Source: Polyangiales bacterium
Lineage (GTDB): Bacteria > Myxococcota_A > Polyangia > Polyangiales > Ga0077539
Length of the DNA stretch: 64,000 bases
Direction of reading: 5' to 3'
Assembly: GCA_044229975.1 (NCBI GenBank)
Contig: JBGARZ010000020.1
Coordinates: 108,036-172,035, forward strand
In this document: positions 48,528 to 61,317 of the stretch, one piece after another
Layout of the letters: the number at the start of each line of letters is the position of its first letter
How positions within the stretch are numbered: the first letter of the stretch is position 1
Made by a program: the position numbers and the translations under genes
Notes under the pieces: model-generated
Database searches by the model: none
Seen by the model: the letters and a program-made list of their open reading frames with translations, nothing else
What the model was told of the DNA's origin: nothing

Positions 48528-51500
48528 ATGATCCAGCTCGAACAGCTCCAACCCCGCGCCGCGATCCGGGGCATCGTCCCGGACGCGCTGGTCGTCGTGG
48601 TCAGCGTCCAGTGGTTCGGCTCCGAGGCGCTCGAACTCACGTACAAGACCTCCACCGGGAAGGTCGCCAACGAGCTGCTGTACCGCGACGACGAGGCCCG
48701 CCTGGACGTCGTCGAACAGGGCCGCCCCTGGAGCTTCGACGGCGACGGTGCCCTCTTCCGCCTCGTCTCCGAGGCGCAGCGCATCCGCCTCGCGCACCTC
48801 TTCGACCCCGTGCTCGCCGTGCATACCTCCGTGGTCGATCCGCTCCCGCACCAGATCACGGCGGTCTACGAGGCCATGCTGCCCCGGCAGCCGCTGCGCT
48901 TCCTGCTGGCCGACGACCCGGGTGCGGGCAAGACCATCATGGCGGGCCTGCTCATCAAGGAGCTCATCGCCCGCGGCGACCTGCAACGCTGCCTCATCGT
49001 GTGCCCCGGCAGCCTCGCCGAGCAGTGGCAGGACGAGCTCTACCGGCGCTTCCACCTGCCGTTCGAGATCCTCACCAACGACAAGGTCGAGGCCGCCCGC
49101 ACCGGCAACTGGTTCCTTGAGACCAACTTGGTGATCGCCCGCCTCGACAAGCTCTCACGCAACGAGGACATCCAGCAGAAGCTCCAGGCCCCCGACTGCC
49201 GGTGGGATCTCGTGGTCTGCGACGAGGCCCACAAGATGTCCGCCACGGTCTTCGGCGGCGAGACCAAGTACACCAAGCGCTACCGCCTCGGGCAGCTCCT
49301 CTCGACGCTCACGCGGCACTTCCTCCTGATGACGGCGACGCCGCACAACGGCAAGGAGGAGGACTTCCAGCTCTTCATGGCGCTCCTCGACGGGGACCGC
49401 TTCGAGGGCCGCTTCCGCGACGGCGTGCACGTCGCCGACGCCTCCGACCTCATGCGCCGGATGGTGAAGGAGAACCTGCTCAAGTTCGACGGCACGCCCC
49501 TGTTCCCCGAGCGCATCGCGTACACGGTCCCCTACAAGCTCTCGGACGCCGAGGCGCACCTGTACAAGGCCGTCACGACCTACGTCCGCGAGGAGTTCAA
49601 CCGCGCCGACGCCCTGGAGAACGACAAGCGCGCGGGCACCGTCGGCTTCGCCCTCACCGTGCTCCAACGCCGTCTGGCCTCGTCGCCCGAGGCGATCTAC
49701 CAGTCGCTCCACCGACGACGCGAACGCCTGGAGAGCCGCCTCCGTGAGCTGGAGGTGCTCCAGCGCAGCGGTCAGACCGCCCCCGTCCTGGCGGCGTCGG
49801 TGCCCGCCCTCGACGCGGACGCGGTGGAGGACCTCGACGAGGCCCCGGACACCGAGGTCGAGGCGATCGAAGAGGAGGTCCTCGACCAAGCCACCGCGGC
49901 GCGGTCGATGGCGGAGTTGAAGATCGAGATCGAGACGCTGAAGGCGCTGGAGTCGCTCGCCCTCACGGTCCGCCGCAGCGGCAACGACACCAAGTGGCGC
50001 GAGCTCGCCAGCCTCCTCGGCGAGATCTTCACGGACTCGTCCATCACGAACCGTCTCGCGGAACCGAAGGTTCAGTACGGCCACGCGATCCCGCCCCCCA
50101 AGGCGTCGCCCCACCAGAAGCTGGTGATCTTCACCGAGCACCGCGACACGCTGAACTACCTCCAGAACCGCATCACGACGCTCCTCGGGCGCAAGGACGC
50201 GGTGGTGATGATCCACGGCGGGGTGGGACGTGAGGACCGGCTGAAGGTCCAGGAGGCGTTCCGGCACGACCCCGAGGTGCAGGTTCTCCTGGCCACCGAC
50301 GCCGCGGGGGAGGGCATCAACCTCCAGCGCGCCCACCTGATGGTGAACTACGACCTCCCGTGGAACCCCAACCGCCTGGAGCAACGCTTCGGGCGCATCC
50401 ACCGCATCGGCCAGACCGAGGTGTGCCACCTCTGGAACCTCGTGGCCGAGGAGACCCGCGAGGGCGATGTCTACCGGAAGCTCCTCGACAAGCTCGAACA
50501 GGCCCGCAAGGCGCTCGGCGGGCAGGTGTTCGACGTACTGGGCAAGCTCCAGTTCGAGGGGGAGTCGCTGCGGGAGCTGCTCATCAAGGCCATCCGCTAC
50601 GGGGACCAGCCCGATGTCCGGGCACGCCTCACGGTGGCGGTGGAGAACGCGCTCGACCGCACCCAGATCCAGAACCTTCTGGAAGACCACGCGCTCGCCC
50701 ACGACGTGATGGATGTCGGACGGGTCCAACGAATCCGCGAAGACATGGAGCGCGCGGAGGCCCGTCGTCTCCAGCCCCATTACATCGAGTCGTTCTTCGC
50801 GCAGGCGTTCAAGGGCCTCGGGGGCACGGTCAAGCAGCGTGAGCCTCGCCGCTACGAGATCACCCACGTCCCCGCCCCGGTTCGCAACCGAGACCGCCTC
50901 ATCGGCATTCGCGAGCCCGTGCTCCCACGGTACGAGCGCATCGCGTTCGAGAAGGCCCTCATCGCTCCCCCAGGGCAGCCCCTGGCGGCCTTCGTGTGCC
51001 CTGGGCACCCGCTCCTCGACGCGGTGCTCGACCTCACGCTCGAACGCCACCGCGACCTCCTCAAGCGCGGCGCGGTGCTCGTGGACGAGCGCGACCCTGG
51101 CACGCAGCCCCGGGTGCTCTTCTACCTCGAACACGCGATCCAGGACGCAAGCCTCACCCGCACCGGGGAGCGCCGCGTCGTCTCGAAGAAGATGCTCTAC
51201 GTCGAACTCGACGGAGAGGGCCACGCCCGCCATGTCCACTACGCGCCGTACCTCGACTACCGGCCCCTCGCCGCGGGCGAGCCCGGCGTGGACGCCCTCC
51301 TCGACCGGCCCGAGTGTGCCTGGATCGAGCGCGAGATCGAGTCGAAGGCCATGGGCCACGCCATCGCCCACGTCGTCCCCGAGCACTTGAAGGAGGTGCG
51401 GGACGCGAAGCTCGCGCTCCTCGCCAAGACCGAGGCGGCGGTGAAGGACCGGCTGACCAAGGAGATCACCTACTGGGACCACCGGGCCGAACAGCTCAAG

Positions 51501-52106
51501 ATGCAGGAGCAGGCGGGCAAGCCCAACGCCAAGCTGAACTCGGACGAGGCCCGCAAGCGCGCCGACGGCCTCCAGGGAAGGCTCCAGAAGCGCCTGGAAG
51601 ACCTCAAGCTCGAAGGGAAGATCTCCCCGCTCCCCCCCGTAGCACTCGGGGGCCTCCTGGTGATCCCGGCGGGCCTCCTCGCCGCGATGAGCGGACGGGC
51701 ACCGCTGACGACGGGCAAACCCGTGGACACCCAGGTGAGCGCGGCCCGAGCTCGCGCCGTGATCATGGACATCGAGCGTCGTCTCGGGTTCGAGCCCACG
51801 GACCGGGAGTTCGAGAAGCTCGGCTACGACATCGAGAGTCGTGTGCCGGGTACCGGCAAGCTGCGCTTCGTCGAGGTCAAGGGGCGGGTCGCGGGCGCGG
51901 ACACCATCACGGTGACCCGCAACGAGATCCTCTACTCTCTCAACAAGCCCGGCGACTTCATCCTTGCGATCGTCGAGTTCACGGGCGAGGACACGCACCG
52001 GGCCTACTACCTCCGCCAGCCCTTCCAACGGGAGCCGGACTTTGGGGTAACCAGCGTGAACTACGACTTTGCGGATCTGCTCAAGAGGTCGAGAGAGCCG
52101 TCATGA
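48528..52106 (+). CDS. SNF2-family helicase with C-terminal DUF3883 (NOV-C) nuclease-like domain
   Basis: PLPHQ, LLADDPGAGKT, DEAH, MTATPH, ATDAAGEGINLQ, EQRFGRIHRIGQ, GYDIES...VEVKG. Confidence 0.92.
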   Translation: MIQLEQLQPRAAIRGIVPDALVVVVSVQWFGSEALELTYKTSTGKVANELLYRDDEARLDVVEQGRPWSFDGDGALFRLVSEAQRIRLAHLFDPVLAVHTSVVDPLPHQITAVYEAMLPRQPLRFLLADDPGAGKTIMAGLLIKELIARGDLQRCLIVCPGSLAEQWQDELYRRFHLPFEILTNDKVEAARTGNWFLETNLVIARLDKLSRNEDIQQKLQAPDCRWDLVVCDEAHKMSATVFGGETKYTKRYRLGQLLSTLTRHFLLMTATPHNGKEEDFQLFMALLDGDRFEGRFRDGVHVADASDLMRRMVKENLLKFDGTPLFPERIAYTVPYKLSDAEAHLYKAVTTYVREEFNRADALENDKRAGTVGFALTVLQRRLASSPEAIYQSLHRRRERLESRLRELEVLQRSGQTAPVLAASVPALDADAVEDLDEAPDTEVEAIEEEVLDQATAARSMAELKIEIETLKALESLALTVRRSGNDTKWRELASLLGEIFTDSSITNRLAEPKVQYGHAIPPPKASPHQKLVIFTEHRDTLNYLQNRITTLLGRKDAVVMIHGGVGREDRLKVQEAFRHDPEVQVLLATDAAGEGINLQRAHLMVNYDLPWNPNRLEQRFGRIHRIGQTEVCHLWNLVAEETREGDVYRKLLDKLEQARKALGGQVFDVLGKLQFEGESLRELLIKAIRYGDQPDVRARLTVAVENALDRTQIQNLLEDHALAHDVMDVGRVQRIREDMERAEARRLQPHYIESFFAQAFKGLGGTVKQREPRRYEITHVPAPVRNRDRLIGIREPVLPRYERIAFEKALIAPPGQPLAAFVCPGHPLLDAVLDLTLERHRDLLKRGAVLVDERDPGTQPRVLFYLEHAIQDASLTRTGERRVVSKKMLYVELDGEGHARHVHYAPYLDYRPLAAGEPGVDALLDRPECAWIEREIESKAMGHAIAHVVPEHLKEVRDAKLALLAKTEAAVKDRLTKEITYWDHRAEQLKMQEQAGKPNAKLNSDEARKRADGLQGRLQKRLEDLKLEGKISPLPPVALGGLLVIPAGLLAAMSGRAPLTTGKPVDTQVSAARARAVIMDIERRLGFEPTDREFEKLGYDIESRVPGTGKLRFVEVKGRVAGADTITVTRNEILYSLNKPGDFILAIVEFTGEDTHRAYYLRQPFQREPDFGVTSVNYDFADLLKRSREPS

Positions 52107-52150
52107 GGGCAGCCAACGGCTCGCGGACGGGGGAACACGAGACACCATGA
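52103..52150 (+). other. 15-codon coupling ORF (MRAANGSRTGEHETP)
   Basis: ATGA overlap with the helicase stop and ATGA overlap with the methyltransferase start. Confidence 0.4.
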
Positions 52151-55044
52151 TCACGAAGAAGAAGCTCATCGAGGTCGCCCTCCCGCTCGAAGCCATCAAC
52201 ACCGAATCGGCCCTTCGAAAGCGAAAGGCGCCTGCCGGTTACCCCACCACGCTCCACAAGTGGTGGGCTCAGCGACCACTCGCGGCCGCGCGCGCAGTAA
52301 TTTTCGCACAGATGATCGACGATCCCTCCGCGCACGCCGACATCTTCAAGACTGAAAAGGCGCAGGAGACTGAGCGGCAGCGGCTGTTCCGCATCATCGA
52401 GGACCTCGTGTTGTGGGAAAATACTACAAACGAAGCAGTCATCCAGAAAGCTCGCGACGAGATCTGGCAGAGTTGGCGCCGCACTTGTGCGGAAAACGCC
52501 GACCATCCGAAAGCTAAGGAACTATTCGATCGCTTCAAACTGCCGGCATTCCACGACCCGTTCGCCGGCGGTGGCACGCTCCCGATGGAGGCGCAGCGGC
52601 TTGGTCTTGAGAGCCATGCCACCGACCTGAACCCAGTGGCTGTGCTGATAAACAAGGCGATGATCGAGATCCCGCCCAAGTTCGCAGGCACGCCGCCAGT
52701 GAACCCCGCGTCGAGGAAGGACAAAGACCTATTTAAGCATGAGTGGCAGGGCGCTGAGGGGCTCGCTGAGGATGTCCGCTATTACGGACGATGGATGCGT
52801 GACCAAGCCGCGAAGCGGATCGGTCATCTCTATCCGAACATCGAAATCACCGCAGCGATGGCGGCCGAGAGGGCGGATCTGAAGCCCCTTGTCGGGAAGA
52901 GGCTCGCGGTAGTTGCGTGCCTATGGGCGCGGACGGTGAGGAGTCCGAATCCCGCATTCGCTCACCTGGATGTCCCACTTGCGTCAACTTTTACTCTGTC
53001 CACCACGGCAGGACGAGAGGCGCATGTCCATCCAATCGTCGATAGCGATGGGTACCGCTTCGTAGTTCGGGCCGGGAAAAGCCCGGCTAAAAAGAGTGGC
53101 GGGAGCGGCACCAAGCTCGCTCAGGCTAACTTTACCTGCCTCATGTCAGGAGCCCCAATCGCCGGGGACTATATCAAAGACGAGGCCAGGGCGGGACGAA
53201 TGGGATGTCGCATGATGGCCATTGTGGCGGAGGGCGTGCGGGGCCGACTCTATCTTTCCCCATCCGCGGAACTAGAGTCGATCGCGCGTCAGGCGATGCC
53301 CGAATGGCGACCGGACGTCGAATTTTTTCAGCAGGCGCTCGGATTCAGGGTCGGCAACTACGGAATGACAAGGTGGAGCGACCTTTTCACACCCCGTCAG
53401 CTCGTGACGCTTACCACGCTTTCTGACCTTGTGGCAGAGGTTCGTGAGCAGGTGGTAATGGATGCGTTGGACGCTGGTATCGAACGCGATGGGAAGCGTC
53501 TGTCGGATGCTGGAAGTTCCGGCGGCGCGGCTTACGCTGATGCGGTCGGCGTCTATCTGGCGATGGCAATTAGTCGGGTTGCGGATTACGGGTCGTCGCT
53601 GGCCACGTGGCGTCCGAAGGACAACGCCATGCGATCGAGCCTGCCGAAGCAGGCCTTGCAAATGACCTGGGACTTTGCGGAGGGATCGCCCTTCGGACAG
53701 TCGAGTTCTGGATTCATGGAAAGCGTGAACATTGTTGCAAAGTGCTTTTCAATAATGGGAGGCGGCTCTGTCGGCGACGCTCGACAACACTCGGCTGTGG
53801 CTCCGGCAGCTGAGGGAGAGAGCGCCCGGGTGATCAGCACAGATCCCCCGTACTATGACAATATTGGCTACGCAGATCTTTCGGACTTTTTCTATGTCTG
53901 GTTGCGACGATCATTGAAGCCAGTCTTCCCAAATTTGTTCGCTACATTGACAGTTCCTAAGGCCGAGGAGCTCGTGGCAACGCCGGCCCGACACGGTGGC
54001 AAGGAGAAGGCGGAGACATTTTTCCTTACCGGCATGACCGCAGCGATGCAACGACTTGCTCAACAGGCTCATCCGGCATTTCCTGTTACGATCTACTACG
54101 CATTCAAACAGTCAGAGACTGACGCCATCGACGGGACGTCGAGCACTGGGTGGGACACGTTTCTCGATGCGGTTGTCCGCGCGGGATTCGCGATCAGTGG
54201 CACTTGGCCGATGCGGACCGAGGGTGACAATCGGCAGCGTGGAGTTGGGACAAATGCTCTGGCGTCCAGCATCGTTCTTGTTTGTCGTCGGCGCTCAGCC
54301 GACGCGCCTTCCGCGACGCGACGCGAGTTCGTCACCGCCCTGAAGGCTGAGCTTCCCCAGGCGCTCGCCCATCTGCAGGCAGGTAACATCGCGCCCGTGG
54401 ACCTCGCCCAGGCAGCCATCGGTCCGGGCATGGCGGTTTACACCCGATACGCCAAGGTGCTCGACGCACAGGGCAAGCCGCTCTCCGTGCGTGAGGCGCT
54501 GACCCTCATCAACCAGACCCTCGACGAAGCCCTCGCCGAGCAAGAGGGAGACTTCGACCCGGACACTCGCTGGGCGCTGGCGTGGTTCGAGCAGTCGGGC
54601 TTCGCCGAGGGTGAGTACGGAGTGGCCGAGACGCTCTCCAAGGCCAAGAACACCGCGGTCTCCGGGCTCGTCGAAGCAGGGATCCTCGCCTCGGGTCGGA
54701 GCAAGGTGAGGCTCCTGAAGCCAAAAGAGCTTCTCGCCGACTGGGACCCGCGAACCGATACCCGCCTGACGACGTGGGAGATCGTCCATCACCTGATCCG
54801 CGTGTTGGAGAGTGGTGGCGAGCTCGCGGCAGCGGCGATTGTGGCCAAGCTGGGCACCCACGCCGAGTCCGCCCGTGAGCTCTGCTACCGGCTCTACGCC
54901 CTCTGCGAGCGCAAGAAGCGGGCAGCGGAGGCGCTCTCCTACAACGCCCTGGTGCAGAGCTGGCCGGAGATCACCCGCCTCGCCCAGGAGGGCGGGAAAC
55001 CACGTCTGGTGCAGGGTGGTCTGTTCGACGGAGGCGAGGAGTAA
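52147..55044 (+). CDS. DUF1156 adenine-specific DNA methyltransferase
   Basis: KKLIEVALPL, LHKWWAQRPLA, DPFAGGG (motif I), TDPPYYDNI (motif IV), NALASS. Confidence 0.92.
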   Translation: MITKKKLIEVALPLEAINTESALRKRKAPAGYPTTLHKWWAQRPLAAARAVIFAQMIDDPSAHADIFKTEKAQETERQRLFRIIEDLVLWENTTNEAVIQKARDEIWQSWRRTCAENADHPKAKELFDRFKLPAFHDPFAGGGTLPMEAQRLGLESHATDLNPVAVLINKAMIEIPPKFAGTPPVNPASRKDKDLFKHEWQGAEGLAEDVRYYGRWMRDQAAKRIGHLYPNIEITAAMAAERADLKPLVGKRLAVVACLWARTVRSPNPAFAHLDVPLASTFTLSTTAGREAHVHPIVDSDGYRFVVRAGKSPAKKSGGSGTKLAQANFTCLMSGAPIAGDYIKDEARAGRMGCRMMAIVAEGVRGRLYLSPSAELESIARQAMPEWRPDVEFFQQALGFRVGNYGMTRWSDLFTPRQLVTLTTLSDLVAEVREQVVMDALDAGIERDGKRLSDAGSSGGAAYADAVGVYLAMAISRVADYGSSLATWRPKDNAMRSSLPKQALQMTWDFAEGSPFGQSSSGFMESVNIVAKCFSIMGGGSVGDARQHSAVAPAAEGESARVISTDPPYYDNIGYADLSDFFYVWLRRSLKPVFPNLFATLTVPKAEELVATPARHGGKEKAETFFLTGMTAAMQRLAQQAHPAFPVTIYYAFKQSETDAIDGTSSTGWDTFLDAVVRAGFAISGTWPMRTEGDNRQRGVGTNALASSIVLVCRRRSADAPSATRREFVTALKAELPQALAHLQAGNIAPVDLAQAAIGPGMAVYTRYAKVLDAQGKPLSVREALTLINQTLDEALAEQEGDFDPDTRWALAWFEQSGFAEGEYGVAETLSKAKNTAVSGLVEAGILASGRSKVRLLKPKELLADWDPRTDTRLTTWEIVHHLIRVLESGGELAAAAIVAKLGTHAESARELCYRLYALCERKKRAAEALSYNALVQSWPEITRLAQEGGKPRLVQGGLFDGGEE

Positions 55045-55047
55045 CCC

Positions 55048-58422
<3,375 letters not shown>

Positions 58423-58447
58423 GGGTGGCGCGCAACAGGAGGACTCC

Positions 58448-59077
58448 ATGCCCGAGAGCCATGTTCACGTTGGTGATCTGACTGAGCTGAAAGTCGTACT
58501 TGGTAAGTGGCGGGACCTCATGGACGCGGCACAAACGTGGGACACCGAGAGCTACCGAGATGCCCCCTGGTGGTATAACGAGCGCGCCTCGGTGAGCTTG
58601 TTGGTCGGATGCGTGCACTCCGCGGGTGGCTTCGCCATGGAGGAGTTCGTTTCCCCCAAGAAGGGCTTGGCCTTGAACGGTCGCAACGACCTCTGGTTCG
58701 AGACCGCTGGGAAACAGAAATTCGCCGCCGAAGCCAAGCAGTGCTGGCCCTCGCTCCTGAGGGTGAACGAGGGCATTGAGAGACTGAAGCAGTATCGGCT
58801 CGCTGCGATCGCAGACGCGGAGCGTCTGCACCTTGAGACAGACACGACTTGTCTCGCGATTACCTTCGCGGCTCCATACCTGAAGGTGAGTGCTGCCGCA
58901 TCGGTGGAAGACAAGGTCGAGGCCTTCGTTACTCAACTCGAAGGACTGATCGCTGATGCCTGGAAGGACGACGGCGTCGTGTGGGCGTTTCCTCCGTCGC
59001 ACCGGACTTTGACCTCTTCTCGCACCGATGATCTCTATCCAGGGTCGGTACTGATCGTCACCAGGGTAGAGGCGTAG
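58448..59077 (+). CDS. Putative PD-(D/E)XK nuclease-fold protein
   Basis: WYNERA...EEF...GRNDLW...AEAKQ pattern; RBS AGGAGG; lower GC. Confidence 0.5.
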   Translation: MPESHVHVGDLTELKVVLGKWRDLMDAAQTWDTESYRDAPWWYNERASVSLLVGCVHSAGGFAMEEFVSPKKGLALNGRNDLWFETAGKQKFAAEAKQCWPSLLRVNEGIERLKQYRLAAIADAERLHLETDTTCLAITFAAPYLKVSAAASVEDKVEAFVTQLEGLIADAWKDDGVVWAFPPSHRTLTSSRTDDLYPGSVLIVTRVEA

Positions 59078-59143
59078 TGCGAACTCACCAATCGCTGCGA
59101 GTCGCAGCACCGTTCGCGACCGCTGAGTTTGGGGAGTAGCTCG

Positions 59144-61255
59144 ATGACCCAGGATCGCGACGGCATCGACTGGTTTCCTCCGAGCGTGAAGTTCGCCTTC
59201 GTACCGGCGCGGGACCTCGCCGCCGCCGTGAACAGTGAGACCCCGCAGCTCGCCCTGCCCTCGTTCCAGCGCGACGCGGTCTGGGACGAGCGCCACGTCG
59301 AACTCCTCTGGGACTCGATGCTCCGCGGTTTCCCCATCGGAGCCATCCTCCTGGCGCGCGGGTGGTCGGCCGACACGCGCCAGATGCAACGATCGCGGAT
59401 GGACGCCGTAACGGGGACCCATCGCCCGGGCGGAGGTCTGGTGCTGATCGACGGCCAGCAACGCAGCATCGCCATCGCCATCGGGTTCCGGCGGTGGTCC
59501 GAGGGCGACCCGTGCCGCCTGTGGCTCGATCTCGCGCCCGTTGATGGTCCGCGGGACGGCGTTCAGTTTCGCTTCGTGCTGTGCTCCGTCCGCTACCCCT
59601 GGGGCCAGGGTGCGACGGAGGCCCAGAAGCGGGAGGCGGTGGCGCTCTCGAAGGCCGCAGCGGTCGAGATCGACGCGGACGCCCCCTCGCTGGCCCTCAC
59701 ATGGCCCCTACGGGCCAAGCTGCCCGTGCCGTTCGCCGAGTTCGTCCAGCTCCTCTCCGAGGGGAGAGAGGGGGACTGGGCCTCGTTGGTCGCGAGGGCT
59801 CGACGAGCTCCACCGACCGGCGCGGGGAGCGGCCCGTCCATCGCTGACGACCTCGTTGCCGCGGTTGGCGACGCCGTGCGCAACTACGGAGTCCCCGCGG
59901 TGCTCCTGAATGACATGGACCCGACGGACCTCGGCACCGCCTTTCAGCGCCTCAACCGCCAGGGCGTCGAGATGAGCCACGAGGACCTCTTCTTCTCGGG
60001 CCTCAAGATGCGCTGGCCGCAGGCGCACGACCTCGTCTGGCAGATCCACGCCGATCGGCTCGTCGGCAAGTTCCTCCGACCGCCACAGATCGTCCACATG
60101 GCCACACGGCTGACGACGCGGCGGATGGGGGGCGAGTCGGATCTACCGAAGCTCAGCGTCGAGAGGTTCCGCAAGCTCGCGGACAAGAAGGGGCCCGAGG
60201 GCGGCGAGCCGTTCCTCGATGGGATGAAACACTACCTCGACGCCCCCAGCTCCCCCGCGGGGGTCGGTCGCCTGCACGGGTACCTCCGGTTGGCCCGGCA
60301 ACAACTGGCGTACCGCATGGACGCCGACGGATCGGACCCCGGACTGCCAGCGCCCATGTTGGCCGAGCTCGACTGGCGGGTGTGGCACACCGTGGTCGCA
60401 TGGCTGGACCGCGGCGACCGGATGGAGGTCTCCGACGAGGACCGCCGCGACATCATCCGGTTCGCGCTGGCGGATCTGTTCACGGTGAGGCGCACGTCGG
60501 ACAAGCTCATCAGAGATCTGTTCGACACCGCGGCCAACGCGAGTGGGCCGTTTCCCGGGAAGTCCCTCGAGGTCGTTCTCCGTGGGACTACGGAGACGCC
60601 AGAACAGAGCGCGTTGCCTCGCCCTGAGCACTTCACCCAACAGGTTCTCGACGAGGCGAAGGGGCCTCGGTGGGACCTGCTGGCCAACGAGCGGCTGCTC
60701 GCCATGTGGGCGCAGCGACGCTACTTGGCCCGATGGTTTCCGACGTACGACCCGACCCTCTTCGTACGCCAGGAGGACCTCCCCTTCGACGTGGACCACA
60801 TCCTGCCGTCCGCCCACACGTTGCGACAGGGGAGACGGGGCACGGTCCCGAAGGAGTTCTGGGACTGGCGCGCCGTCCTCAACAACAACGTCGGCAACTT
60901 CCGCTACTGGCCGAAGGGACAGAACCGCGCGGACGGCGACCGGAGCCCGCGGGAGAAGCTGTTCCTGGCTCCCGGCACAGATGTCCTGCCCGAGACATCG
61001 ACCTTGCGGGGTCTCCCGTTCGGGTTCGTGACACCGGCCGAGGTGAGAGCCGCGAGCTGCATCCCGGAGGCGGACTGCGGATACTGGTCCGAGGCGGCGG
61101 CCGGGGACGGTGGGCCCCACGACTGGAGCAACCGCAGCCGTCTCGTGGCGTGGCGTCGGGCGGTCATGCGTCGAAGGGCTGCGATGTACGCCGAGATGTT
61201 TGAGGCGGCGAGACTCGGGGAGTGGATACCGGCAGTATCCGGAGAGGTGGGGTGA
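59144..61255 (+). CDS. GmrSD-like protein (DUF262 plus HNH/DUF1524-like)
   Basis: LPSFQRDAVW, DSMLRGFPIG, LIDGQQR, FQRLNRQG; C-terminal DVDHILP...GNF...N. Confidence 0.8.
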   Translation: MTQDRDGIDWFPPSVKFAFVPARDLAAAVNSETPQLALPSFQRDAVWDERHVELLWDSMLRGFPIGAILLARGWSADTRQMQRSRMDAVTGTHRPGGGLVLIDGQQRSIAIAIGFRRWSEGDPCRLWLDLAPVDGPRDGVQFRFVLCSVRYPWGQGATEAQKREAVALSKAAAVEIDADAPSLALTWPLRAKLPVPFAEFVQLLSEGREGDWASLVARARRAPPTGAGSGPSIADDLVAAVGDAVRNYGVPAVLLNDMDPTDLGTAFQRLNRQGVEMSHEDLFFSGLKMRWPQAHDLVWQIHADRLVGKFLRPPQIVHMATRLTTRRMGGESDLPKLSVERFRKLADKKGPEGGEPFLDGMKHYLDAPSSPAGVGRLHGYLRLARQQLAYRMDADGSDPGLPAPMLAELDWRVWHTVVAWLDRGDRMEVSDEDRRDIIRFALADLFTVRRTSDKLIRDLFDTAANASGPFPGKSLEVVLRGTTETPEQSALPRPEHFTQQVLDEAKGPRWDLLANERLLAMWAQRRYLARWFPTYDPTLFVRQEDLPFDVDHILPSAHTLRQGRRGTVPKEFWDWRAVLNNNVGNFRYWPKGQNRADGDRSPREKLFLAPGTDVLPETSTLRGLPFGFVTPAEVRAASCIPEADCGYWSEAAAGDGGPHDWSNRSRLVAWRRAVMRRRAAMYAEMFEAARLGEWIPAVSGEVG

Positions 61256-61317
61256 CGCAGCGGGAGTAAAGCCGTGGGTGAAGCCCACCACAAACGCACT
61301 CGCTCTGCGCTGACGGC

